In this document: in pieces, positions 8,424-17,917 of the stretch
How the letters are laid out: each line of letters begins with the position of its first letter
Numbering within the stretch: the stretch's first letter is position 1
NCBI GenBank assembly: GCA_047456295.1
Contig: CP179887.1
Coordinates: 1-43,943, forward strand
Direction of reading: 5' to 3'
Source of the DNA: Candidatus Nealsonbacteria bacterium
GTDB lineage: Bacteria; Patescibacteriota; Minisyncoccia; Minisyncoccales; JANBVM01
Length of the DNA: 43,943 nt
Notes under the pieces: model-generated
What the model saw: the letters and a program-made list of their open reading frames with translations, nothing else
What the model was told of the DNA's origin: nothing
Databases searched by the model: none
Program-made: the position numbers and the translations under genes

Positions 8424-9299
8424 ATGTTAATTAAAGACAAAAGATTTATTTTCTGGATTTTTTTTGTTTTGCTCTGGGTTAATTCTTTTGCCTGGGCTGT
8501 AGTTTATGAACTAAACAAAACTCAGTTTTTAGAGGTTAACTTTTTTGACATAGGACAGGGTGATGCTATTTTTATTGAAACTCCAAAAAGGTACCAGATT
8601 TTGATTGATGGAGGTCCTGACTCCAGTATTTTAGAAAAGTTAGGCAAAGAAATGCCTTTTTGGGATAGGACAATTGATTTGGTTGTCTTAACTCATCCAG
8701 AGCATGATCATATTTCAGGTTTAATTGAGGTTTTAAAAAGATACAAGGTAGATTTCATTTTATGGACAGGGATATTGAGAAATACCGGAGAATATGAAGA
8801 ATGGAAAAGATTAATTGAAGAGGAAATAGTTCAGGTAAAGATAGCAAAGACAGATCAAAAGATATTTTTTCCAGAAACCTTTCTTGATGTGTTATATCCT
8901 TTTGAAGATTTAGAAGGAAAAGATTTTAAAAACACCAACAACACTTCAATTGTTATTCGTTTGGTTTTTAATAATCATTCTTTCATCTTTACCGGAGACC
9001 TTTATAAATCAGTAGAGAGAAAACTTGTTGATAGGGGACTATATCTTGATTCCAATGTCTTAAAGGTTGGTCATCACGGCAGCAAGACTTCTTCTTGTGA
9101 GGAATTCTTAGAAAAAGTTAAACCTGAAATAGCCGTAATATCGGCTGGCAAAGAAAATCCTTACAACCATCCCCATCCAGAGGTTTTGGAGGTTTTAGAC
9201 AAATATGATATAACAGTTCTAAGAACAGATATTGATGGAGATATAAAGATTATTTCGGACGGAGAAAACATGGAAATTAAAAAAACAAAAAATCTATGA
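8424..9299 (+). CDS. ComEC/Rec2-related metallo-beta-lactamase-fold protein, membrane-anchored
   Basis: N-terminal TM helix; FFDIGQGDAIFIE, VVLTHPEHDHISGL, VGHHGSKTSS. This is the ComEC C-terminal MBL domain only. Confidence 0.75.
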   Translation: MLIKDKRFIFWIFFVLLWVNSFAWAVVYELNKTQFLEVNFFDIGQGDAIFIETPKRYQILIDGGPDSSILEKLGKEMPFWDRTIDLVVLTHPEHDHISGLIEVLKRYKVDFILWTGILRNTGEYEEWKRLIEEEIVQVKIAKTDQKIFFPETFLDVLYPFEDLEGKDFKNTNNTSIVIRLVFNNHSFIFTGDLYKSVERKLVDRGLYLDSNVLKVGHHGSKTSSCEEFLEKVKPEIAVISAGKENPYNHPHPEVLEVLDKYDITVLRTDIDGDIKIISDGENMEIKKTKNL

Positions 9300-10363
9300 T
9301 TAAGTTTCCTCTTTTTAAAACAAAGACCAAGGGTCTTGAAAAAAAGTTTAATTTAATAGACCCCAAAGAACAAAGAGAGTATTTTGAGGCAAAAGCAGGG
9401 GAAGAGATTAAAAAATTAAGGGAATATTTAAAAGAAAACACCTTTATTGCTTATTTACTGGGAAAGAAAAACTCTGGCAAGGGTACTTATTCAAAGATGT
9501 TTGCCCAGATTATTAATCCTGAAAGAATAGAACATTTTTCTGTAGGAGACATGATTAGAAGAATAGATAAGGAATTGACAGATAAAAAACAGAAAAAAGA
9601 ATTATTTGATTTTTTAAAAAAAAATTACAGGGGAAGGTTTTCAATGGATGAAATCATTTCCAGTTTGGAAAATCGTAGTACAAAGACTCTACTGCCCACA
9701 GACTTGATTTTAACCCTGACTAAAAGAGAAATAGAGAAAATGGAAAAGAAAACCCTTTTTGTAGATGGCTTTCCCAGGAATCTGGGTCAGATAGATTTTT
9801 CTTTGTTTTTCAGAGACCTGGTTGGTTATCGAGATGACCCCGATGTTTTTGTCTTAATCGATGTTCCTGAAAAAGTAATTGATGAAAGAATTAAATGGAG
9901 AAGGATTTGTCCTGTTTGTCAGACCTCAAGAAATCTAAAACTATTTCCCACCTCAAAGGTTGATTTTGACCAGAAGACCAATGAATTTTATTTAATCTGC
10001 GACAATCCCGATTGCAGGGGAGTTCGTATGGTTTTAAAAGAAGGAGATGAATTGGGGATTGAACCAATAAAAGAAAGATTGAAAACATACGATAAATTAA
10101 TTCAGCAATCACTTTCCCTTTATGGCATTCCAAAGGTTTTATTAAGGAATTCGGTACCGGTGAAAAAAGCCAAAGACCTTATTGATGATTATGAGATAAC
10201 CCCGGAATATGTTTTTGAGTTTGACAAAGAGGCCAAAGAAGTAAAAGTAAAAGAAAAACCCTGGATTGTTTTAGATGATGAAGGTGTTCCTTCTTATGGC
10301 TTGTTACCCTCTCCCATGGTTGTTTCTTTAATTAAACAACTGGTTGAAGTTTTTAATCTTTAA
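9296..10363 (+). CDS. divergent adenylate-kinase-family (NMP kinase) paralog with extensions
   Basis: P-loop GKKNSGKGT, NMP site SVGDMIRR, VDGFPRNLGQ, Cys4 lid CPVC...CDNPDC. It has extra N- and C-terminal segments. ATGA overlap with the upstream gene. Confidence 0.55.
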   Translation: MIKFPLFKTKTKGLEKKFNLIDPKEQREYFEAKAGEEIKKLREYLKENTFIAYLLGKKNSGKGTYSKMFAQIINPERIEHFSVGDMIRRIDKELTDKKQKKELFDFLKKNYRGRFSMDEIISSLENRSTKTLLPTDLILTLTKREIEKMEKKTLFVDGFPRNLGQIDFSLFFRDLVGYRDDPDVFVLIDVPEKVIDERIKWRRICPVCQTSRNLKLFPTSKVDFDQKTNEFYLICDNPDCRGVRMVLKEGDELGIEPIKERLKTYDKLIQQSLSLYGIPKVLLRNSVPVKKAKDLIDDYEITPEYVFEFDKEAKEVKVKEKPWIVLDDEGVPSYGLLPSPMVVSLIKQLVEVFNL

Positions 10364-10369
10364 AATCAT

Positions 10370-10399
10370 TTGACACAGGACACTCAGGAAAGATAAAAT
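10370..10399 (+). promoter_or_regulatory. sigma70-like promoter TTGACA-18-TAAAAT
   Basis: TTGACA at 10370-10375 and TAAAAT at 10394-10399, starting 7 nt after the stop codon of the preceding CDS. Confidence 0.5.
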
Positions 10400-10405
10400 A
10401 AAAGT

Positions 10406-10566
10406 AGCCCTGCTTTTTCTGTTAAGTCTGGTAATAAGCTTTTAAAGGGAATCTGATAATGAATGTATCCCGTGGGATACATCTTAGATACCCACTTAGA
10501 ATATTCCCGGACGAGCTTTTCAGAGGAAAGCAGGGTATCAAAAATCGCCTCTGAGAGGCGTTTTTT
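10406..10566 (+). ncRNA. candidate ~160-nt structured small RNA, class unassigned
   Basis: Bounded by the promoter above and a hairpin+T6 terminator. 10408-10421 pairs with 10521-10535 (14 bp, one bulge). Apical hairpin ATGTATCC-CGTG-GGATACAT at 10463-10482. There is no credible ORF. Confidence 0.35.
10546..10566. terminator. bidirectional intrinsic terminator
   Basis: CGCCTC-TGA-GAGGCG hairpin with T6 on the plus strand and ATTTTT on the minus strand, directly after the tRNA CCA end. Confidence 0.65.
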
Positions 10567-10639
10567 GGTCGGGGTAGGCGGAATTGAACCGCCGCAGCGC
10601 CCACCCCAAGGGCGTAGACTACCATTATCCTATACCCCG
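10566..10639 (-). tRNA. tRNA-Pro (anticodon GGG), CCA encoded
   Basis: Reverse complement folds as acceptor CGGGGTA/TACCCCG, anticodon arm CGCCC-TTGGGGT-GGGCG (GGG, G37) and T arm GGCGG-TTCAATT-CCGCC, then ACCA. C1-G72 is typical of bacterial tRNA-Pro. Confidence 0.85.
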
Positions 10640-10645
10640 AGACAA

Positions 10646-10867
10646 TTACTTTTTTTTAGAAAGCGTCTTGATGCATTTTGTACAAGCTAGGATTCTTTTT
10701 CCAGCAAACTCTTTAAAGGATTCTTTTTTTATTCCCACAGGAACCCTTGTCCATTGTAAATTGGGATATCTCCTTTTTTTGGTACTGGGATTATACTTTC
10801 CTCTGAGTTTAACCAGTTTCCTGAATCCTTGTGATTTTTTTCCACAGATTTGACATTCTTTTGCCAT
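10646..10867 (-). CDS. rpmB: 50S ribosomal protein L28 (Cys4 zinc form)
   Basis: MAKECQICGKKSQ...TKKRRYPNLQ...ACTKC. Confidence 0.85.
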   Translation of the reverse strand: MAKECQICGKKSQGFRKLVKLRGKYNPSTKKRRYPNLQWTRVPVGIKKESFKEFAGKRILACTKCIKTLSKKK

Positions 10868-10909
10868 GATATAATAATCTTATAAACTTTTTCATAATTT
10901 AGCAAGATG

Positions 10910-10918
10910 TGATATAAT
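10910..10918 (+). promoter_or_regulatory. extended -10 element TGATATAAT
   Basis: Ends 8 nt before the ATG at 10927, implying a leaderless or near-leaderless mRNA. Preceded by CAAGAT, as at 6699-6713. Confidence 0.45.
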
Positions 10919-10926
10919 TTTTAATT

Positions 10927-11541
10927 ATGGATATTATCATTACCATCTTTTCAATAATTGTTTTGCTTCTTTCAATTATTATTCATGAGATTGCCCACGG
11001 CAGCGTGGCTTATTATCTGGGAGACCCCACAGCAAAGCATGCCGGCAGATTAACCCTGAATCCCTTGAAGCATTTGGACCTTTTCGGTTCTGTAATTTTA
11101 CCTTTGTTTTTGTTTTTTACAACAAGCGGAAGAGGTCCTATTTTTGGATGGACAAAACCCGTACCTGTGAATCCCTATAACTTTAGGGATCAAAAATGGG
11201 GAACATTAAAAGTATCAATAGCAGGTCCTTCAACCAATTTTTTAATTGCCATAATCTTTAGCTTGATTATTAGATTCTTTGTTTTGCCCCAGAGCCTGTT
11301 AATGCTCTTTAGCATTATTGCTTTTTATAACTTTGCCTGGGGGATATTCAATCTGGTTCCTCTTCCGCCCCTTGATGGTTACCACATCCTTTTTGCTTTT
11401 TTACCAGATAAACGGTCAAATATTAAAATGTTTTTACTGAAATACAACCTTATCTTTCTTATCCTCTTTATCCTCTTTGGCGGCATCAGTTTAGTTTTCT
11501 GGTCAGCAGACCTTTTTTATGGTTTGTTTTCAGGTCTTTAG
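10927..11541 (+). CDS. site-2 protease family (M50) zinc metalloprotease
   Basis: HEIAHG (HExxH) in TM1, NLVPLPPLDG motif, multi-TM. Confidence 0.75.
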   Translation: MDIIITIFSIIVLLLSIIIHEIAHGSVAYYLGDPTAKHAGRLTLNPLKHLDLFGSVILPLFLFFTTSGRGPIFGWTKPVPVNPYNFRDQKWGTLKVSIAGPSTNFLIAIIFSLIIRFFVLPQSLLMLFSIIAFYNFAWGIFNLVPLPPLDGYHILFAFLPDKRSNIKMFLLKYNLIFLILFILFGGISLVFWSADLFYGLFSGL

Positions 11542-11592
11542 GGGTTTGGCCTTTTAAATAAACTCAACCCAGGTTTTATTAAGTAATTAAGA

Positions 11593-11621
11593 TTGACTTT
11601 AATCATATTTTTTGTTAAATT
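11593..11621 (+). promoter_or_regulatory. candidate str-operon promoter TTGACT-17-TAAATT
   Basis: Hexamers at 11593-11598 and 11616-11621, about 45 nt upstream of the rpsL ATG. Confidence 0.45.
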
Positions 11622-11667
11622 TAATCGTATAAGTGCTGGGCACTTAATTATTTTTATTTTTTTATTT

Positions 11668-12081
11668 ATGCCCACCATACATCAATTAATTAAAAAAGGA
11701 AGAAAAAAAGTTAAAAAGCGTAGAAAGGCGTCTGTTTTTAAGTTTGGTTTTAATGTTTTGAAAAATAGAAGAATAAGATATATGTCTCCTTTTAAAAGAG
11801 GAGTGTGTATTAAGGTTTTTACTATGACTCCTAAAAAACCCCATTCAGCTTTGAGAAAGGTAGCAAGGGTTCGTTTAAGCAACGGACAAGAGGTAACTGC
11901 ATATATTCCTGGAGAGGGACATAATTTACAGGAACACTCTGTTATCTTAATCAGGGGAGCAAGAATAAAGGATTTGCCAGGGGTAAACTACAAGGTGGTC
12001 AGAGGAGTGTTAGATGTTATAGGGGTTGAAGGAAGAAAACAAGTAAGATCAAAGTACGGAACCAAAAGAGAAAAGAAATAA
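11668..12081 (+). CDS. rpsL: 30S ribosomal protein S12
   Basis: [12 protein letters not shown]...[16 protein letters not shown]...[26 protein letters not shown] at 11668 inside track ORF 11593..12081. Confidence 0.95.
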   Translation: MPTIHQLIKKGRKKVKKRRKASVFKFGFNVLKNRRIRYMSPFKRGVCIKVFTMTPKKPHSALRKVARVRLSNGQEVTAYIPGEGHNLQEHSVILIRGARIKDLPGVNYKVVRGVLDVIGVEGRKQVRSKYGTKREKK

Positions 12082-12109
12082 TCCTTAAAAACTTAACCAG
12101 ACACGATAT

Positions 12110-12580
12110 ATGGCTCGCAGAAAGAAAATAAAAAGAAGAACAATTGCACCAGATATTATATATAATGATGAGACTGTTGGTAAATTCATCAATTATGTGA
12201 TGAGGCGGGGAAAAAAGACAATTGCCAGAAAGATTGTCTATGGTGCCTTTGATATTTTAAAAGAAAAAACAAAGAAAGAACCTCTGGAGGTTTTTAAATT
12301 AGCCATGAAAAATGCCAGTCCTCTTTTAGAGGTGAGACCCAAGAGGGTTGGAGGAGCCACATATCAGATTCCAAGAGAAGTAAGAGGGGATAGGAAGCTG
12401 GCTTTAGCCATGCGTTGGATTATTCAGGCATCAAAATCAAAAAAAGGAAAACCAATGAGGGAAAGTTTGGCTGAAGAATTACTTAATGCTGCCAATAATA
12501 CTGGTTGGGCAGTGAAAAGGAAAAATGATACCCATAAGATGGCAGAGGCAAACAGGGCTTTTGCTCATTTTAGGTGGTAA
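12110..12580 (+). CDS. rpsG: 30S ribosomal protein S7
   Basis: [25 protein letters not shown] ... [13 protein letters not shown]. Confidence 0.95.
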   Translation: MARRKKIKRRTIAPDIIYNDETVGKFINYVMRRGKKTIARKIVYGAFDILKEKTKKEPLEVFKLAMKNASPLLEVRPKRVGGATYQIPREVRGDRKLALAMRWIIQASKSKKGKPMRESLAEELLNAANNTGWAVKRKNDTHKMAEANRAFAHFRW

Positions 12581-12588
12581 ACATTAAT

Positions 12589-14685
12589 ATGAGAGATTAT
12601 CCGCTTGAAAAATATCGTAACATAGGAATCATAGCCCATATTGACGCCGGTAAAACAACAACAACCGAGCGAATTTTATTTTACACGGGCATCACCCATA
12701 AGATTGGTAGCGTTGATAAAGGTACCACCATTACAGACTGGATGGCCCAGGAGAGAGAGCGGGGAATTACCATTACTTCAGCTGCCATTACCTGTTTTTG
12801 GTCGGTTGCTGACTTAAAAGGAGAAAAGGAATTTAAAATAAATATTATTGACACTCCAGGCCACATTGATTTTACTGCTGAGGTTCAGAGGTCTCTGCGC
12901 GTCCTTGATGGAGGAGTGGTTGTTTTTGATGGAGTGGCCGGGGTAGAGCCCCAATCAGAAACTGTTTGGCGCCAGGCTGATAAGTTCAATGTTCCCAGGA
13001 TCTGTTTTATAAACAAGATGGATCGAATGGGAGCTGATTTTGAAAAGAGCCTGAAATCCATTTGGGAAAAACTATCTCCCAATGCAGTAGCTATTCAGCT
13101 GCCTATCGGGACAGAAGAGAAGTTTGAAGGAATAATTGATTTGCTAAAGATGAAGGCTATCAGGTTTGAGGGAGAGTCTGGAGAAATTATTAAACAAGAG
13201 GACATTCCTTCTGATTTATTGGAAAAAGCCAAAGACTGGAGAAAAAAAATGGTGGAGAAGATTGCGGCTGAAGATGAAGAATTGTTGGAGAAATATTTAG
13301 CTAAAGAAGAGATTTCCATTGATAGTTTAAGAAAGGCTTTAAGAAAAGCTACCTTAGACTATAAATTAATCCCAGTGCTCTGCGGCTCATCCTTAAAGAA
13401 CAAAGGAGTACAATCCTTATTGGATGCAGTAGTTTATTATTTACCCCATCCTCTTGACCTTCCGCCTGTTAAAGGAACTGATCCAAAATCAGGACAGCTT
13501 ATTGAAAGAAAGAGCGATGATTCAGAACCTTTTTCTGCCTTAGTGTTTAAGATTGCCAGTGATCCTTATGTTGGCACCTTAAGCTATTTCAGGGTTTATT
13601 CAGGAATGTTAAAAAAAGGCTCTTATGTTTTTAACACCACCAGTGGAGAAAGAGAAAGGATAGGCAGGATTTTAAGGATGCATGCTGACAAGAGAGAGGA
13701 TATTGATGAGATTTTTGCTGGAGATATTGCTTCTACTGTTGGTCTAAAGAATACCTCCACAGGTCATACACTTTGTGACAAAAATAAGCCTGTTGTTTTA
13801 GAAAAGATTACTTTTCCAGAACCTGTAATCTCCATTCGGATTGAACCCAAGAATAAGATTGATGAGGAAAAAATGAATGTAGCTTTAAAGAGATTGTCAG
13901 AGGAAGACCCTACCTTTAGAGTAAAGGGAGATGAAGAAACAGGGGAAACAATCATTTCTGGTATGGGTGAATTACACTTAGAGATTATTGTTGACAGAAT
14001 GAAAAGAGAATTTAAGATTGAGGGCAATATTGGTAAACCCCAGGTTGCCTACAAAGAGACAATAAAAGCTAGTGCTAAAGCTGAAGGTAAATACATCAGG
14101 CAGTCCGGAGGCAGGGGTCAGTACGGACATGTCTGGATTAAATTGGAGCCCAAAGACAGGGGAAAAGGATTTGAATTTATAGATAAGATTAAAGGAGGAA
14201 CAATACCCAGGGAGTTTATTCCAGCTGTTGAAAAAGGGATAAAAGAGGCAATGGAAAGAGGAGTGATAGCAGGTTACCCTTTGATTGATTTTTCAGCCAC
14301 CCTTTATGATGGTTCCTTTCATGAGGTTGATTCTTCTGAATTCGCTTTTAAGATTGCAGCTTCCATAGCTCTTCAACAGGCAGCCAAGAGAGCAAAGCCT
14401 GTTTTATTGGAACCCATAATGAACCTTGAGGTGGTGGTTCCCTCGGAATTCTTTGGTGATGTTATTGGGGATTTATCTGCCAGAAGAGGAAAGATTAAAG
14501 AAACAAAAGACAGGTTAAATCTCAAGATTATTGAGGCTAATGTGCCTTTGGCTGAGATGTTTGGTTATGCCACCACCCTGAGAAGCTTGACTGAAGGCAG
14601 AGGAACATTTACAATGGAATTTGATTATTATAATAATGTACCCCAGAATATTACCCAGGAAATCATTGAAGGAAAGAGAAAATAG
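12589..14685 (+). CDS. fusA: elongation factor G
   Basis: [40 protein letters not shown] at 12589 preferred over the GTG at 12574. Confidence 0.95.
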   Translation: MRDYPLEKYRNIGIIAHIDAGKTTTTERILFYTGITHKIGSVDKGTTITDWMAQERERGITITSAAITCFWSVADLKGEKEFKINIIDTPGHIDFTAEVQRSLRVLDGGVVVFDGVAGVEPQSETVWRQADKFNVPRICFINKMDRMGADFEKSLKSIWEKLSPNAVAIQLPIGTEEKFEGIIDLLKMKAIRFEGESGEIIKQEDIPSDLLEKAKDWRKKMVEKIAAEDEELLEKYLAKEEISIDSLRKALRKATLDYKLIPVLCGSSLKNKGVQSLLDAVVYYLPHPLDLPPVKGTDPKSGQLIERKSDDSEPFSALVFKIASDPYVGTLSYFRVYSGMLKKGSYVFNTTSGERERIGRILRMHADKREDIDEIFAGDIASTVGLKNTSTGHTLCDKNKPVVLEKITFPEPVISIRIEPKNKIDEEKMNVALKRLSEEDPTFRVKGDEETGETIISGMGELHLEIIVDRMKREFKIEGNIGKPQVAYKETIKASAKAEGKYIRQSGGRGQYGHVWIKLEPKDRGKGFEFIDKIKGGTIPREFIPAVEKGIKEAMERGVIAGYPLIDFSATLYDGSFHEVDSSEFAFKIAASIALQQAAKRAKPVLLEPIMNLEVVVPSEFFGDVIGDLSARRGKIKETKDRLNLKIIEANVPLAEMFGYATTLRSLTEGRGTFTMEFDYYNNVPQNITQEIIEGKRK

Positions 14686-14838
14686 TTTATAATAGGTATA
14701 AAGGTATTTAAGGGGTTGACTTATTTTAAAAATTTAAATAAATTAATAATATAATTAAAATTTTGTGGAACCTGAAATTTGAGACCTGAAACATTATATT
14801 ATGTTCCATGTTTTATATTTCATGCTTCATGATTGATT

Positions 14839-16038
14839 ATGGCAGAGAAAGAAAAATTTGTGAGAACAAAACCTCACGTCAATATAGGTACCATTGGCCA
14901 TGTTGCTCATGGCAAGACCACCACTACAGCAGCCATCCTGAAGATTTCCAAACTGAAAGGTTTGAGAGCTTCAGAAGCCGGGGTAGATGATTTAAATGCA
15001 GCTCCCGAGGAAAAGGCCAGGGGTTTGACTATTTCTGTTTCCCATGTTGAATATGAGTCTGATAAGCGTCATTATGCCTTGATTGATTGTCCAGGACACG
15101 CTGACTACATAAAAAACATGATTACTGGAGCTGCTCAAATGGATGGAGCAATCCTTGTTGTGTCAGCTGTTGACGGTGCCATGCCCCAGACCAGGGAGCA
15201 TATTTTGTTAGCCAGACAGGTGGGTCTTTCCTCTATAGTGGTTTTCATCAATAAATGCGATATGGTTGATGATCCTGAGATTATTGAGCTGGTTGAATCA
15301 GAATTAAGAGAGCTTTTGAAAAAATATGAATTTCCAGGAGATGAAATTCCAATGATTAGAGGTTCAGCTTTAAAAGCCCTCAATATTAAATCTATAGATG
15401 ATAAAGAGGCAAAACCAATCTTAGACTTAATTAAAGCTGTTGATGAATATATTCCAGAACCTTCTAGAGAAACAGATAAACCATTTTTAATGGCAATAGA
15501 AGATGTCTTTTCCATTGCTGGTCGTGGTACTGTAGCTACAGGAAGGATTGAAAGAGGGATTGTCAAGCCAAACGAAGAGGTTGAATTGGTGGGTATAAAG
15601 AAAACCATAAAGACAACTGCTGTTTCCATTGAAATGTTCAATAAGATTTTGGATGAAGGAAGAGCAGGAGACAATGTGGGAATCTTATTGAGAGGAGTTA
15701 AAAAAGAAGAGGTGGAAAGAGGACAGGTATTGGCCAAGCCAGGAAGTATTACTCCCCACACTGAATTTGATGTTCAGATTTATGTTTTAACCAAAGAAGA
15801 AGGAGGAAGGCATACACCCTTTTTTGCAGGTTATAAACCCCAGTTTTATTTTAGAACCACTGATGTGACAGGGGATGTTTCCCTGCCTGAAGGAACTGAA
15901 ATGGTAATGCCAGGAGACACAGTGAATTTAAAGATTAAACTCTTAGCTCCGATTGCCATGGAAGAAAAGCAAAGATTTGCTATCAGAGAAGGTGGAAAGA
16001 CAGTGGGGGCAGGAGTGGTAACAAAGATAACAAAATAG
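14839..16038 (+). CDS. tuf: elongation factor Tu
   Basis: [40 protein letters not shown] at 14839. Confidence 0.95.
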   Translation: MAEKEKFVRTKPHVNIGTIGHVAHGKTTTTAAILKISKLKGLRASEAGVDDLNAAPEEKARGLTISVSHVEYESDKRHYALIDCPGHADYIKNMITGAAQMDGAILVVSAVDGAMPQTREHILLARQVGLSSIVVFINKCDMVDDPEIIELVESELRELLKKYEFPGDEIPMIRGSALKALNIKSIDDKEAKPILDLIKAVDEYIPEPSRETDKPFLMAIEDVFSIAGRGTVATGRIERGIVKPNEEVELVGIKKTIKTTAVSIEMFNKILDEGRAGDNVGILLRGVKKEEVERGQVLAKPGSITPHTEFDVQIYVLTKEEGGRHTPFFAGYKPQFYFRTTDVTGDVSLPEGTEMVMPGDTVNLKIKLLAPIAMEEKQRFAIREGGKTVGAGVVTKITK

Positions 16039-16145
16039 TATCAGGATTTAATTATTTGTAGTTTAAGAGATTAAAAAGTCTTTCAAAATTAAATACCGAA
16101 ACACGGATTACAAAATATAAACTACAAAGGTGATGGTCTTTTAAG

Positions 16146-16484
16146 ATGGTTAAAAAGAAAGCTACAGTTGAAGAACAAGTAAAGCCAAAGATCCGCATTA
16201 AATTGCGGGCTTATGATCATAAAGTAATTGATAGCTCTGCTAGACAGATTGTTGAGGTAGCTACCCGTTACGGGGTCAGTATCTTAGGTCCTGTTCCTTT
16301 GCCAACAGAGATTCATAAATATACGGTCAATAGATCTACTTTTGTTCATAAAACGAGCAGGGAACAGTTTGAAATCAGGATTCATAAAAGATTGATTGAT
16401 ATATTAGAGCCCAATCCCAAAATGCTTGATGCCTTGAGGAGTTTAAATATGCCGGCTGGCGTAGATATAGAAATAAAAATGTAA
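16146..16484 (+). CDS. rpsJ: 30S ribosomal protein S10
   Basis: [21 protein letters not shown] ... [12 protein letters not shown]. Confidence 0.95.
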   Translation: MVKKKATVEEQVKPKIRIKLRAYDHKVIDSSARQIVEVATRYGVSILGPVPLPTEIHKYTVNRSTFVHKTSREQFEIRIHKRLIDILEPNPKMLDALRSLNMPAGVDIEIKM

Positions 16485-16668
16485 ATGATAAATTAGTAAG
16501 GAATTTTTGGAAATAATCTTTTGAACGGGGAGAATCAAGATTAAAATAATTAAAATGTTAAAAGTAAATCTTAAAAAATCGTAAAGTTAATTTTAAATAG
16601 CCAGTGGATGAGAGCCGGGCTATGCCCGGCTTTCAATTAATGAACAATTATTATTTAATTTACACAAC

Positions 16669-17265
16669 ATGAAGTTCATATTGGGATTAAAAATAGGAAT
16701 GTCTCAGATTTTTGATAAACAAGGAAATCAGATTCCTGTGACATTGATTGAGTCAGGCCCCTGTAAGGTTTTGCAGATTAAGACAAAAGAAATAGATGGT
16801 TATGAATCTGTTCAAATTGGATTTAAGAAATTAAAAGACAATAAAGTTAAAAAGAGTCAGAAAATTAAACCCTTTAGATATTTAAGGGAATTTAAAGCAG
16901 ATGTTTCGAAATATGAATTGGGGCAGGAATTTAATGTATCGATTTTTGAGGAAGGGGATATTGTGTCTCTTTCAGGGATTTCAAAAGGAAAGGGTTTTGC
17001 AGGAGTGGTGAAAAAGTGGGGCTTTAAAGGAGGGCCAAAAACCCGGGGAACAAAACATGAACACAGAACCATGGGTTCAGTAGGTTCTTCAACTCCTCCC
17101 AGGGTTATTAAAGGCAAAAAGATGCCTGGAAGAATGGGTGGAAAAAGAATCACAACCAAAAACCTAAAGATTATTAAGGTTGACCCGGAAAATAATTTAT
17201 TAATGGTAAAAGGAGCGGTTCCTGGAAGAAAAGGAACCTTTTTAGAAATAACAAGCAGAGAGTAA
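16669..17265 (+). CDS. rplC: 50S ribosomal protein L3
   Basis: GMSQIFDKQGNQIPVTLIE ... FKGGPKTRGTKHEHRTMGSVG. Confidence 0.95.
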   Translation: MKFILGLKIGMSQIFDKQGNQIPVTLIESGPCKVLQIKTKEIDGYESVQIGFKKLKDNKVKKSQKIKPFRYLREFKADVSKYELGQEFNVSIFEEGDIVSLSGISKGKGFAGVVKKWGFKGGPKTRGTKHEHRTMGSVGSSTPPRVIKGKKMPGRMGGKRITTKNLKIIKVDPENNLLMVKGAVPGRKGTFLEITSRE

Positions 17266-17271
17266 AGTATT

Positions 17272-17916
17272 ATGAAGTATGAGGTTTTAAATCAAAAAGG
17301 CAAAAAGACCGGAGAAGCCTTGCTGCCAAAGGAGATTTTTGAGAGAAAGATTAATCCTGATTTGATTCACCAGGTAGTTGTGTCTCAGATGTCAAACAGA
17401 AGAAGGGTGATAGCTCACACCAAAGACAGGGCAGAGGTTAGGGGAGGAGGAAGAAAACCCTGGCGTCAAAAAGGATTAGGAAGAGCAAGACACGGTTCAA
17501 TCAGATCTCCCATCTGGATAGGGGGAGGGGTGACCTTTGGGCCTACAAAGGAAAAGAGCTTTAAGAAAAAGATTCCAAAGAAAATGAGAAGATCAGCCCT
17601 TTTTATGATATTGTCTGTCAAGGTAAAGAATAAATTAATGATTTTATTGGATGAATTAAATATTAACCAGCCGAAAACCAGACTGATGACAGAGATTTTA
17701 AACAAGCTTCCTTGTAAAAAAGATAGTTCTCTCCTTGTGTTGTCCAAACTGGATAAGAATGTAATTCTGGCAGCCAGAAATATTCCCAGTACAGAAACCA
17801 TTCAGGCAAGAGATTTGAATTGTTTGGATTTAATGTCTTTTAAATATTTAATCATGCCTTTGGAAAGTATAAAGGTAATAAAAGAAACATTTTTAAGAAA
17901 AATAATTAATAAATAA
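17272..17916 (+). CDS. rplD: 50S ribosomal protein L4
   Basis: AHTKDRAEVRGGGRKPWRQKGLGRARHGSIRSPIWIGGGVTFGP. Confidence 0.95.
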   Translation: MKYEVLNQKGKKTGEALLPKEIFERKINPDLIHQVVVSQMSNRRRVIAHTKDRAEVRGGGRKPWRQKGLGRARHGSIRSPIWIGGGVTFGPTKEKSFKKKIPKKMRRSALFMILSVKVKNKLMILLDELNINQPKTRLMTEILNKLPCKKDSSLLVLSKLDKNVILAARNIPSTETIQARDLNCLDLMSFKYLIMPLESIKVIKETFLRKIINK

Positions 17917-17917
17917 T

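Noticed and set aside
10406-10566. Assigning the candidate sRNA to SRP (4.5S) RNA because of the GGAAAGCAGGG string.
   Set aside because: That string is fully base-paired with the 5' end rather than forming the helix-8 symmetric loop. No GNAR tetraloop with a flanking AGG/AGCA arrangement could be found. It is left unassigned.
10422-10853. Track ORFs 10422..10625(-), 10463..10690(+) and 10584..10853(+).
   Set aside because: They overlap tRNA-Pro, the terminator or the antisense strand of rpmB. Their sequences are low-complexity or odd. The RNA features and L28 explain the region better.
11668-12081. An apparent 13-aa insertion in S12 relative to E. coli.
   Set aside because: The Bacillus-type S12 I recall has the same longer N-terminal region, so this is a normal family variant.
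15135-15761. 208-aa antisense ORF inside tuf, and similar long antisense ORFs (36834..37472 in rpoA, 40559..41014 in the NifX-like gene, 17466..17801, 18545..18856 and others).
   Set aside because: They lie opposite strongly recognisable conserved genes. Their compositions are Ser/Leu/Phe-rich, typical of antisense frames in AT-rich DNA. No motifs were seen.
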